Part shown: positions 9,383-18,460 of the stretch, in pieces
How positions within the stretch are numbered: position 1 is the first letter of the stretch
How the letters are laid out: the number at the start of each line of letters is the position of its first letter
NCBI GenBank assembly: GCA_041659205.1
Contig: JBAZYS010000002.1
Location: 1,627-65,626 of the forward strand
DNA length: 64,000 bases
Origin: Minisyncoccota bacterium
Lineage (GTDB): Bacteria > Patescibacteriota > Minisyncoccia > Phycocordibacterales > UBA9973
Reading direction: 5' to 3'
The notes under the pieces: model-generated
Told to the model about the DNA's origin: nothing
Seen by the model: only the letters and a program-made list of their open reading frames with translations
Database searches by the model: none
Translations under genes and position numbers: made by a program

Positions 9383-11116
9383 TTATTTTACCTCTTTCCA
9401 GGATTTTATATTCCATCCTCCCGAGGGTCCATTCACAAAATTAGCATTTGCTAGCCCCGCGTCATAAATAACTGTGGAATTATTTTCCAACTCAATATAT
9501 TTACCATTCAAAGACTTCGCACTAGCATTATTTTCTAATTCTACTGTGCCGTTCGCCGCATAAAGTACCACCGCTCCACCATTATTTGATAACCTAATCG
9601 CTAAAGTAGAAGTAGAAGTAGAAAGTATCATTAAATAACTACCAGCAGAACCTGAACCTGAAAATACAGCATTATTGCCTATGTTCACAAGGCCATCAGC
9701 TACTATTACGCCCTCAGAAGTCCCATAACTAGAAGAAAGATTTACTGTAGCATTATTACTAACATCTATGTTTCCATGTACCCAGAGGGTCCCTGTCACT
9801 GTAAGATGGGCACCATTAGTTACCGAGAGATTCCCAGTAATTTCTTTAGGTCCTAGGGTTGATGACCCGCCGGCGGTAAAAGTTCCTGAATACACTCCTC
9901 CAGCCGTTGCTTCATCTTTCCAATCTAAAATATTTTGATCGGAAATAGGCATTGCTACCTGAGAAGGATCAGCAAGAGAAGTATTACAAGCTTTATTGTT
10001 TCCACTTCCAACTTGGCAATAATTTGTACCAGCAATAGTTGAGCTATTAACTGTGTGAGCATAAGCATTCCCTACCCCTCCTGTACCAACAGTTATTCCA
10101 CTAATAAGACCGGTTAAGCCACCAAGATAAAGATTGAAGAAACCATCAAGCCCAGATGGTGAAGTATTATTCCAAGTTCCAGAATATGCTCCTATTTTAC
10201 CAGTGCCATTTGCATAGCCATCGCTATTCGCACCAATTGTATAATATTTCGTTGAATTCGTGGCTCCATCTATTACAATCCAATAAGTAGTGCCAGCTGT
10301 TAACTCTGGATTTGAAGAAAATGGAACACTTACCCAGCCATAAGTAGCAGACACTAAAGATGCAGAAAGGGAGCCAGAAGCAAGAGTCGAGGTGCTCGGA
10401 TTTGTTCCTGAATTTGAAACAATCCTTACTGTTAAATTGCCAGGAGTACTAACTTTTTTAAGATATAAATCTACTTTATTAACGACCCCCGTAGTGCTGA
10501 CCTGGAAACTCTGAGCAAAATCTTGTGTCCCATTTGCATTTCCGAAAATAACATTACTGGCGGGTACCCCAGAACCATTTGATTGATCTGCCACGAGAGC
10601 TGGAGAGTTTGCAGATAAAGCTGTGCCTGTAATAGATCCTGTCCCTGTGATGTTTCCATTTGAATATACACTCCCTTGAACAGATGACCCATTTGTCATA
10701 TGAAACCCGCCTGTGCCTGTTTGTACGCCATAACTAAAAGAAACACCCATGCCCGTCGTTAATACTAATTGATTCAATCTCTGCCTTGAAGAAACATCCC
10801 CTAATGTGGTTATCGTTTTTTCATTATAACCAGAATCAGTAATGTTCGTAGTCGCAATATTACCATTTAATGTTATAACCGTAGATGAACCAATAACCTT
10901 TGCATTTTTTAATCTAAAATAAGCATCCTCCACCCCTGACTCAGATAAAAATAAACTTTCACGAGATTTCATAAAATCATTTGATATTTTAAATTCACGA
11001 ACAGATGGAGAAACCAGCCCAGAGATTATTGCTAGGGAAATAAAAAGAAAAAAAACAACTGAAATTAGCATCGCTGCCCCACCATTTCTCTTAATTTTTT
11101 TAAAATCTTTTTTCAT
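9383..11116 (-). CDS. Large secreted/membrane-anchored Gly/Ser/Thr-rich protein in the pilus operon; putative pilus-associated tip/adhesin protein
   Basis: 577 aa with an N-terminal TM anchor lacking the conserved Glu of prepilins. It is co-oriented and contiguous with the pilin genes. Function inferred from context only. Confidence 0.3.
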   Translation of the reverse strand: MKKDFKKIKRNGGAAMLISVVFFLFISLAIISGLVSPSVREFKISNDFMKSRESLFLSESGVEDAYFRLKNAKVIGSSTVITLNGNIATTNITDSGYNEKTITTLGDVSSRQRLNQLVLTTGMGVSFSYGVQTGTGGFHMTNGSSVQGSVYSNGNITGTGSITGTALSANSPALVADQSNGSGVPASNVIFGNANGTQDFAQSFQVSTTGVVNKVDLYLKKVSTPGNLTVRIVSNSGTNPSTSTLASGSLSASLVSATYGWVSVPFSSNPELTAGTTYWIVIDGATNSTKYYTIGANSDGYANGTGKIGAYSGTWNNTSPSGLDGFFNLYLGGLTGLISGITVGTGGVGNAYAHTVNSSTIAGTNYCQVGSGNNKACNTSLADPSQVAMPISDQNILDWKDEATAGGVYSGTFTAGGSSTLGPKEITGNLSVTNGAHLTVTGTLWVHGNIDVSNNATVNLSSSYGTSEGVIVADGLVNIGNNAVFSGSGSAGSYLMILSTSTSTLAIRLSNNGGAVVLYAANGTVELENNASAKSLNGKYIELENNSTVIYDAGLANANFVNGPSGGWNIKSWKEVK

Positions 11117-11118
11117 AG

Positions 11119-11622
11119 CTAGTAACTATTACGAAGGACAACTGTATTATAAAAATCTTGACTACGACCCAAGACATCGTTCGCAGACTGGAGTGTTAAG
11201 AAAATTCTAACTGCTTTTCCTTTTACTGTATTTATTTGAGTAAAAGTAAGTGCAGTAACCAATGTATTAGGTGTATTCAAGTTTCCTGTTATTGTTCCGT
11301 TTTCTAAAAGCTGAATATCAGAGCCTGAATCAAGAAGCTTAAATTCCACGGTTTTATTTGCTCCTACGTCATCCTTTGTATCTAGGGTTAGATCATTACT
11401 AAAAATTGTGTTAATTCCGTCAGCTTGTCGAATTTCTCGCGAGATCCTTTCTATTATATTTCCACTCTGCACAAACTCTGCTTGAATGCTTGTTTCTTTA
11501 AAAGACTTCGCCATTGTAATTATGGCATCAATAATTAATAAAGAAAAAATAGCAAAAAGAGCAATATAGAAGAGAAGTTCTAGAACAGCATACCCACCTT
11601 TTGTTTTGCTTGTTTTAATCAT
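11119..11622 (-). CDS. Prepilin-type N-terminal cleavage/methylation domain protein (minor pilin)
   Basis: MIKTSKTKGG|YAVLELLFYIALFAIF: class III signal with Glu at +5. Confidence 0.65.
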   Translation of the reverse strand: MIKTSKTKGGYAVLELLFYIALFAIFSLLIIDAIITMAKSFKETSIQAEFVQSGNIIERISREIRQADGINTIFSNDLTLDTKDDVGANKTVEFKLLDSGSDIQLLENGTITGNLNTPNTLVTALTFTQINTVKGKAVRIFLTLQSANDVLGRSQDFYNTVVLRNSY

Positions 11623-12134
11623 GAAAAAATATCAATTATATAAAATTGTAAAACTTTATTTATTGTCACCCCCCCTTCTAGCCAAGAGACTGTGACTGTC
11701 ACTAATTTTGTTCCTGGGTCATTTGTGCCAGTAGCGGAAATGTCTTGAGTAGTATTATCACGATTCACATTAGCAATACTCACAGTACGAGTAAAAATAC
11801 CAACGGTGTTTGGTGTAGAAGAAAGAGTCCAAGTACCACCTGCAAAGGTAGGATAATAATTTATACCCGCAGTGAGGCTAGAAATATTTGTCCAAGCATT
11901 GTCTCGAAGTATCCGAACAGCTTCTGCTCCCTCCTCCAAAATAAAAGAGGCTTGGGTAACATGGAGAGATTGCCTTGATATATAAACAGCCTTTTGAGCG
12001 ACAGCAGTTGCAGCTAAAACAGAAACAGTAATGATAGATGCTGCCACCAATATTTCCACTGCCATAAATCCCCGCCTGCAAAAACCATGTTTTAAGGATT
12101 GCGGGCAGGCTTTATTTTTAAAAATTGTTTTCAT
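11619..12134 (-). CDS. Prepilin-type minor pilin
   Basis: ...CRRG|FMAVEILVAASIITV: class III signal peptide motif. Confidence 0.6.
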   Translation of the reverse strand: MKTIFKNKACPQSLKHGFCRRGFMAVEILVAASIITVSVLAATAVAQKAVYISRQSLHVTQASFILEEGAEAVRILRDNAWTNISSLTAGINYYPTFAGGTWTLSSTPNTVGIFTRTVSIANVNRDNTTQDISATGTNDPGTKLVTVTVSWLEGGVTINKVLQFYIIDIFS

Positions 12135-12602
12135 TTAATTTACACTAACTATACCCGTAGCAGAAATTGTAATAATTTTAGAATAAGAAGTAGTCGAAAC
12201 AGTTATCGTGCCAGTTTGATTTGGCGCACCAGAAAGACGATTGAAATATACATCCCCCGTACTCCCGCTTACTCCACCTAAAGTAACATCTGTAATACTT
12301 GCGGGAATTATGATATCTATCGTTTCATTACTTAAATCCACTGCAGAAAAAACTATCCCTTTAAAAATTATAACTTTATCGGACTGAAAATGCACCCCAT
12401 ATGAAGAAGAACCTACAGAAGACAGAGTTTGGGATTGCGCTTTATTTAAACTCGAAGTTACTTCTTCTACAGTACTCTTGAGTACTTGGTTTTCTCTAAT
12501 TTTTGCAAATTGGGGCAAAGCAACAGCAATAATAATTCCAAGGACAGCCAATACAACCAGTAATTCTACGACTGTAATTCCTTTTTTGTAAAAATTTATC
12601 AT
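12135..12602 (-). CDS. Type IV pilin (candidate major pilin)
   Basis: MINFYKKG|ITVVELLVVLAVLGIII: short leader, Glu at +5, 155 aa. Confidence 0.7.
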   Translation of the reverse strand: MINFYKKGITVVELLVVLAVLGIIIAVALPQFAKIRENQVLKSTVEEVTSSLNKAQSQTLSSVGSSSYGVHFQSDKVIIFKGIVFSAVDLSNETIDIIIPASITDVTLGGVSGSTGDVYFNRLSGAPNQTGTITVSTTSYSKIITISATGIVSVN

Positions 12603-12606
12603 AATT

Positions 12607-13863
12607 TTAATTTATACTTCCAAGAATTGAATAAAGCGGCGAAATCATTGAAATAGCAAAGAAACCCACTGCTGCGCCAATAACAATCATTAAAATTGGT
12701 TCAATGATTGTAGAAAGATTTTTTGTTTTACTTTCGATCTCCTCTTCATAAAACAAAGATACCTCAAGCAACATGTCAGATAATTTTCCAGTTTCTTCTC
12801 CTACCTGCATCATTTCCGACATCATCACTGGATAAAGCTCAGGGTGAGCGATGAAAGCCTCCGAAAAAGGAGTTCCTTTTTCTATTCCTATTTTAGCTTC
12901 ATTTAATACTTTTTTATAATAAATATTTTGCACCACATCTTCTGTAATTTCGAGTGCACGTGTTAAAGAAACACCGGAAAGTAAGAGCGATGAAATAGTG
13001 CGGGCAGTGCGGGCAGTATTTAATTCTTTTGCCAAATTACCGATAATAGGAACTCTTATAACAATATAATCAATATATGATGCCATAAATTTAGCCCGGA
13101 AAAGTGAAAATAATCCAAAGCCAAGGGCAATGATAATTACAAAAGTTAATATTAAATTTTGAGAGAAAAAATTACCTAAAAAAATAAGAATCTGGGTGGA
13201 AAGGGGAAGCTTCACTCCGAGCTCTTTAAAAGTCCCAGCGAGAGTGGGCACAACAAAAGCAAACATCAAGACACCAATGACGATCATCGCTGACATAATG
13301 ACTCCCGGATACATCAAGGCTCCTTTTATTTTCTTTGTTAAAGAATTTGCTTTCTCTAAATTCATACCCACATCAGTAAGAGCCCCAGCTAAGTTTCCAG
13401 ATTCTTCTCCTGCTTTAGTCATAGATATAAAAAGTTTTGAGAAAACTTCTGGAAATTTCGAAAGGGCAGAAGAAAAAGATTCTCCTGCATTGATATCAGC
13501 CATCACTGAAGTCAAAACTTTATCGAGTTTAGGATTTTTAGTTTGCTTTTTTAGTACTGACAAGGCTCGAGAAAGAGAGAGCCCCGCCTTTATCATTCCG
13601 CTTAAATTTTTAGTCAAAATAATCTGCTCTCCAATTTTTACTTTTGAAAAAATATCGGTTAATTTTGAAAAGTTTCCAAAAAAATCTTTATTTTTTTCTT
13701 CAATCGACAATGGAGTTAAGTTGCGAGAACGTAGCTCCCGAATAAGTGCAAAACGATCGACAGCTTCTAGTGTGCTTTCGGTAATTTCACCTATCTTTGA
13801 TTTTGCTTTATATGTAAAAAGCATTTGTGTGAAGGCAAAGAGTAAACTATTCGGAAACAACAC
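12607..13863 (-). CDS. pilC: Type IV pilus assembly platform protein PilC (GspF family)
   Basis: 418 aa with a duplicated T2SS-F domain architecture and three TM segments. Confidence 0.8.
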   Translation of the reverse strand: MLFPNSLLFAFTQMLFTYKAKSKIGEITESTLEAVDRFALIRELRSRNLTPLSIEEKNKDFFGNFSKLTDIFSKVKIGEQIILTKNLSGMIKAGLSLSRALSVLKKQTKNPKLDKVLTSVMADINAGESFSSALSKFPEVFSKLFISMTKAGEESGNLAGALTDVGMNLEKANSLTKKIKGALMYPGVIMSAMIVIGVLMFAFVVPTLAGTFKELGVKLPLSTQILIFLGNFFSQNLILTFVIIIALGFGLFSLFRAKFMASYIDYIVIRVPIIGNLAKELNTARTARTISSLLLSGVSLTRALEITEDVVQNIYYKKVLNEAKIGIEKGTPFSEAFIAHPELYPVMMSEMMQVGEETGKLSDMLLEVSLFYEEEIESKTKNLSTIIEPILMIVIGAAVGFFAISMISPLYSILGSIN

Positions 13864-15610
13864 GAAAGACTTCTTCTAATGTCGTCGTCCCTAATACTGC
13901 TTGAAAAACTCCATCTTCAATCATTGTCATCATCCCCTCTTTTTTTGCTTGTGCTTCTATGTCATCCTGGGAACTCCCTTTGAGAATCATTTCTTTTATT
14001 GTCGTCGTGACTTTTAATACTTCATGCATTCCTGTGCGACTCGAGTATCCATCTTCAAACTCAGCACTTTTTACTGCTTTATAAAAAGGTATTTTATCCC
14101 AGGTATCTTTTTCACTTACAATATTCTCAGTTTTAAGAAACTCATGAACTCTGTCTAAATCAACAATCTTTTCTAAATTTTTTATTTCTGCTGATGACAA
14201 AAAATATTTTTCTTTATTAGGAGTAAGTTTACGTACCAACCTCTGGGCAATGATTGTTTTCACGGTTGCCGTTATTAAAAATGGTTCAACATCCATATCC
14301 ATTAATCTGGGTATCGCGCCCGCAGCTGAGTTCGTATGGATAGTGGAGAGAACTAAGTGTCCCGTAAGAGAAGCATTAATTGCGAGTCCTGCTGTCTCTC
14401 CATCACGTATTTCTCCGACCATCACAATGTCTGGGTCTTGACGTAGAAGTGAACGGAGACCATTTGCAAAAGTTAAACCAATTTCTGGCTTAACCTGAGT
14501 TTGGTTCACTCTCGGCATTTGATATTCGATAGGGTCTTCAACGGTTGAAATATTTACCTCAGGACGATTTAAAAGGTCGAGCATGGTGTAAAGGGTCGTT
14601 GTTTTTCCTGACCCTGTAGGCCCTGTAGCAAGGACCATGCCTGTTTTTTGTTTTAGGGAACTATGAATTCTGTCTAATGCTTCACCGTGAAAACCAAGAT
14701 TTTCCAAAGAAAAACCATGAGCAGTCTCCTTCAAGATTCTGATAACTGTTTTCTCTCCATAAAATGTCGGCAAAGTAGAAACACGAAAAGAAATTTTCTC
14801 TCCATTTTGTTCTATTTTAAATCTACCGTCTTGGGGTAATCTCTTCTCATCAAGCTTTAAATTCGACAATACTTTTATACGAGCAGTTATCCCCGCCCCG
14901 GCTGCTTTATCTAGAACCATCGCATCGTGCAAAATGCCGTCTATTCTATATCGAACAGTCAGCTCTGTCTCTCCTGGTTCAATGTGGATATCAGAAGTAT
15001 TTTGTAAAATTGCATGAAAAATTAAAGAGTCCACAATTTTCACCACTGGCAAATCTTCTGCCATTTCTTTCAACTCATCTTCTGATTTTTCATTAGGCTT
15101 TTCGCCTTCTTCCCCAGGAGTAACATTTAACTCAGCACTTTCCTTTTGAATAATATTCTGAAACTCGGACTTTAAACTTTGTCTATATTGAACTAACACC
15201 GAACGGATAGAAGCTGCATCTGTAAGTCTGGGTAAAATTTTCAAACCTGAACGCTTCTTGATAAAATCAATCACTGGCAAATCATCAGCATCGAGCATTG
15301 CCACTTCTAAACCTTTTTCTGTTTTTTTATAAGCGACAATGTTGTAGTTACGAGCAATCGGTTCAGGAATTAATGACAGCACAGAGAAATCTATTTTTTC
15401 TGCTGTAAGCAAAATAAATGGTATCCCTAAAACAAAAGCTTCCATTTTTTTTAAATCTGTTTCAGATATTTTCCCAAGAGAAAGCAAAACATCACCAATT
15501 TTCTGTTTTTTAGCTTCTGCTTTTTTTATTGCATCCTCAAGGTCCGTCTTAGAAACGAGCCCTCCTTCTAAAATAAATTTCTTTAGCTGTTCTTCATTGA
15601 TTTGCATCAC
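13847..15610 (-). CDS. pilB: Type IV pilus assembly ATPase PilB (GspE family)
   Basis: Walker A motif GPTGSGKTT plus an N-terminal GspE_N domain. The start is preceded by TATACTataagtgATG. Confidence 0.85.
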   Translation of the reverse strand: MMQINEEQLKKFILEGGLVSKTDLEDAIKKAEAKKQKIGDVLLSLGKISETDLKKMEAFVLGIPFILLTAEKIDFSVLSLIPEPIARNYNIVAYKKTEKGLEVAMLDADDLPVIDFIKKRSGLKILPRLTDAASIRSVLVQYRQSLKSEFQNIIQKESAELNVTPGEEGEKPNEKSEDELKEMAEDLPVVKIVDSLIFHAILQNTSDIHIEPGETELTVRYRIDGILHDAMVLDKAAGAGITARIKVLSNLKLDEKRLPQDGRFKIEQNGEKISFRVSTLPTFYGEKTVIRILKETAHGFSLENLGFHGEALDRIHSSLKQKTGMVLATGPTGSGKTTTLYTMLDLLNRPEVNISTVEDPIEYQMPRVNQTQVKPEIGLTFANGLRSLLRQDPDIVMVGEIRDGETAGLAINASLTGHLVLSTIHTNSAAGAIPRLMDMDVEPFLITATVKTIIAQRLVRKLTPNKEKYFLSSAEIKNLEKIVDLDRVHEFLKTENIVSEKDTWDKIPFYKAVKSAEFEDGYSSRTGMHEVLKVTTTIKEMILKGSSQDDIEAQAKKEGMMTMIEDGVFQAVLGTTTLEEVFRVVSE

Positions 15611-15621
15611 TTATAGTATAA

Positions 15622-15662
15622 CAAAAAATCCCCTCAATATAAATACTGATGGGGATTTTTTG
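15622..15662. terminator. Hairpin ATCCCC-N17-GGGGAT flanked by A/T runs on both sides; bidirectional rho-independent terminator
   Basis: Inverted repeat with poly-T on both strands, 3' of the 892 aa gene. It is part of a 199 bp block that is identical at 18404-18602. Confidence 0.6.
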
Positions 15663-15678
15663 TTAATAAAATATAATA

Positions 15679-18357
15679 TTAATTCTCAATAAATATTGGT
15701 TTCTTCTTCAGCTCTGTACAAGCAGTAGTTCCACATTTCCAAGTCCATTTCGAAGTGCTACTGGTACGATTGGTACTGCTGGTAGAACTTGGGACACAAG
15801 CATAGTGAGCTACTCCACAAACACCTCCTCCGGCATTCGTAAGATCACACGCTATTGGATTGCTTGCACCATTTATACATGCAAGCGAACCAAGAGGGTT
15901 ATTAGAATTACCACCAGGCCCCGTGCACCCTCCGTTACTACAAGGAACACAAGCAGATGAAAGATAAGCTAGGCCATCTGGACATTGACTACATGTGCCA
16001 GCATCGATTGCGCCATTGGCACAAGATGAAGCTGTACACTTGCCCCCAATCCAAGCAGTAGGAGTTGGTGTTTGTGAACAAACTGTTGTGACACTCACAC
16101 CTGAACCAGAAGGATACTCAGCGCTCGGTACAAGTGATTTTGCATTATTATAAAGATAAAATGTTCTACCTAAATATGGAACAGTAAAAAATAAAGCATT
16201 TCCAGATTGGCTTGAGGGTAGGGTAGAATTAGAAACAACAACATCAGACATACCAGAAGCAGTAATTTTTGTTGGAGATGCTTCAGGATTATTTATACTC
16301 CAGCCCAGATTTACGTTACAAGTACTTGCATTTAATGGAATCGTGCAAACAGAAGTCGAAGGAACAAGTGTACCGGACATCCCTGTAATGGTTTTACATG
16401 TGCCCGTAGGAACGTCCCAGCCAGTACCAGACGCACAAGTCACAGAAGTAGCGTTAACCGTACTCGAAGCAAGAGGAATTCCATTATTATAAAGATAAAA
16501 TGTTTCACCACCCCACTTAATAGCAAATGGAACTTTAGAACCAGTATTCCCTGTGGCCACAGTAACATTGACAGGTTTTGTAACCTTCGAAATAGCTACT
16601 GGGTTTGTGGTAGTCCAGGAAAAATTTATATTACAGGTGCTTGCCCCTGAAGCAATAACACAAGAAGAAGTCATTGGGGTAAGAGTACCTGTCATAGCTC
16701 CAGATTGACATGAACCAAGAACAGGATCCCAAACAGAACCAGAAATACAATTTGCTGAAGCAGCACTTGAAGCAAGCTCTACTCCTGTATTGTAAAGATA
16801 AAATGTCCTCCCCCCTTTAGGAACATTGAAAGATTGGGGCCCCCCGTTATCTCCAAATCCCTCAGTTCCACCTCCGGCACTAGAAACAGTAGAGCCTCCT
16901 ACGGTAGTAGGACTTGTTGTGGTCCAAGTAAGACTTACATTACAAGCACTTGCACCTACAGAAATAATACAAGAAGAAGGAGAAGGTGTGAGAGTCCCAG
17001 ACATTCCTGGAACAGTTTTGCATGTACCAGAAACTCCATCCCAAGCAGTACCTGAAGCACAAGAAGCTGCGGCCCACACAGGCCCAGCAAGCTGGACTGT
17101 ATTGTTATATAAATAAAAATCCCTGGAGCCAATGCCTGGAACGATAGGATAAGTTGTTGAACCTGAATTAAAATTTGAATTTGGCACAGTAACATTTGTA
17201 GGAGTTGTAACTGAAGAAATACCTTGTGGATTTGTAGTAGTCCAATTTAAAGTGGTAAGACAACTACTATTTCCTGCTGTAATGAAGCAGTCAGATGCCG
17301 TGAGCGTACCAGACATAGGGGGAGGAGCAGTAGTTACATTAACTGTCGCTGTCGCTGAACCACTCCCAGCAGCATTAGTACAAGTTAAAGTGTATGAATA
17401 CAATTTCACAGATGTTAGAACTCCTTGAGATACATTTGTTCCACTTACAGCTTTTAACCCTGACCAATCACCACTGGCAGTACATGAAGTTGGAGAATTA
17501 GTTGCACTCCAGGTAAGTGTTGGATTAACGACGTTTACCGTTCCAGAAATTGGATTTGCTGTAAGCGTAACGACAGGTGCAGAAGCAGATGCAAAATAAA
17601 AAGTATATGTACCAGCACCAGCAATATTGCCAGTTGTATAAACATTAGTATTTGTCTCCGCAGGATTTCCAGCAGCACCCCATCCACCCAATGGAGCTTT
17701 TAATTCATCAGAACTAGTGACAGATATTATAGCACCTGTTTTTGTAAAAGTTGTAGAAGTACCTGGAGGTACTGATTGAGAGCTTGGAGTAATAGTACCA
17801 GGACCATTCACTACTGTAGAAATTGGAAAAGTAGTAGCCGGGCAAGATACGGTTTCATATCTAACATTAGAAGTAGTACTACTATTACATTCACAAGAAA
17901 TATTATCTGTTTGACCTGGGCTCAAAGTACCTGAAGTTGTGACTGTCGCTCCTTTCCATGCAACCTTAGTATGAACTCCTGTAATATTATAAAGGTCTAC
18001 TTGAATAGATTCTGGTGCTCCCCCAGAATTTCCATAACAAGACTCTGTATAATTACATGTCCCTGCAACAGTTATTCTACATACTCCACCGACGGTAGGA
18101 GCCTCTTCGCAAAAACCTGAAGATCCATCAGGGGCAACAGTACAGGTTGTGCCGACAGGACAATAAGTAATATTTGGGGCCTGTCCCTCTGTTACACAAT
18201 GATCTAACCTTGTACTTGTCCAACAGCTATACAATGGAACCTGACTAGCGACACAAACGTATGCAGAAACATTTATTGGTTTAACTAAAACTGCTGTTAA
18301 TAAAACAAAAACAGCCAAAACAATAATTTTTAAAGATTTGTATTTCATAATACACAA
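15679..18357 (-). CDS. Giant secreted Cys-rich repeat protein (892 aa); paralog 1
   Basis: Signal peptide; at least four copies of a roughly 100 aa module (GMSGTLTP..SC.I..GAS.CNV.L.WTT.NP ... FYLYNN). The C-terminal about 47 aa are identical to those of the 1017 aa paralog. Confidence 0.7.
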   Translation of the reverse strand: MCIMKYKSLKIIVLAVFVLLTAVLVKPINVSAYVCVASQVPLYSCWTSTRLDHCVTEGQAPNITYCPVGTTCTVAPDGSSGFCEEAPTVGGVCRITVAGTCNYTESCYGNSGGAPESIQVDLYNITGVHTKVAWKGATVTTSGTLSPGQTDNISCECNSSTTSNVRYETVSCPATTFPISTVVNGPGTITPSSQSVPPGTSTTFTKTGAIISVTSSDELKAPLGGWGAAGNPAETNTNVYTTGNIAGAGTYTFYFASASAPVVTLTANPISGTVNVVNPTLTWSATNSPTSCTASGDWSGLKAVSGTNVSQGVLTSVKLYSYTLTCTNAAGSGSATATVNVTTAPPPMSGTLTASDCFITAGNSSCLTTLNWTTTNPQGISSVTTPTNVTVPNSNFNSGSTTYPIVPGIGSRDFYLYNNTVQLAGPVWAAASCASGTAWDGVSGTCKTVPGMSGTLTPSPSSCIISVGASACNVSLTWTTTSPTTVGGSTVSSAGGGTEGFGDNGGPQSFNVPKGGRTFYLYNTGVELASSAASANCISGSVWDPVLGSCQSGAMTGTLTPMTSSCVIASGASTCNINFSWTTTNPVAISKVTKPVNVTVATGNTGSKVPFAIKWGGETFYLYNNGIPLASSTVNATSVTCASGTGWDVPTGTCKTITGMSGTLVPSTSVCTIPLNASTCNVNLGWSINNPEASPTKITASGMSDVVVSNSTLPSSQSGNALFFTVPYLGRTFYLYNNAKSLVPSAEYPSGSGVSVTTVCSQTPTPTAWIGGKCTASSCANGAIDAGTCSQCPDGLAYLSSACVPCSNGGCTGPGGNSNNPLGSLACINGASNPIACDLTNAGGGVCGVAHYACVPSSTSSTNRTSSTSKWTWKCGTTACTELKKKPIFIEN

Positions 18358-18409
18358 ATTATACTACAAAATAAAAAATGTGTGAGGAAGTTATTCACAA
18401 AAACAAAAA

Positions 18410-18438
18410 ATCCCCTCAATATAAATACTGATGGGGAT
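18410..18438. terminator. Duplicate of the 15628-15656 terminator hairpin
   Basis: Identical sequence, located 3' of the 1017 aa paralog. Confidence 0.6.
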
Positions 18439-18460
18439 TTTTTGTTAATAAAATATAATA

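Noticed and set aside
13196-13879. 227 aa + strand ORF antisense to pilC; similar antisense ORFs inside the giant genes (16826-17116, 19086-19367, 19416-19604, 19749-20009) and inside hppA, rny and comM
   Set aside because: They lie wholly inside well-supported genes on the opposite strand and have low-complexity, biased composition with no motifs. They are typical shadow ORFs.
14185-14205. CUGAUGA motif inside pilB, considered as a second hammerhead
   Set aside because: No helix II stem-loop followed by GAAA, and no helix I or III partners. It is a chance heptamer in coding sequence.
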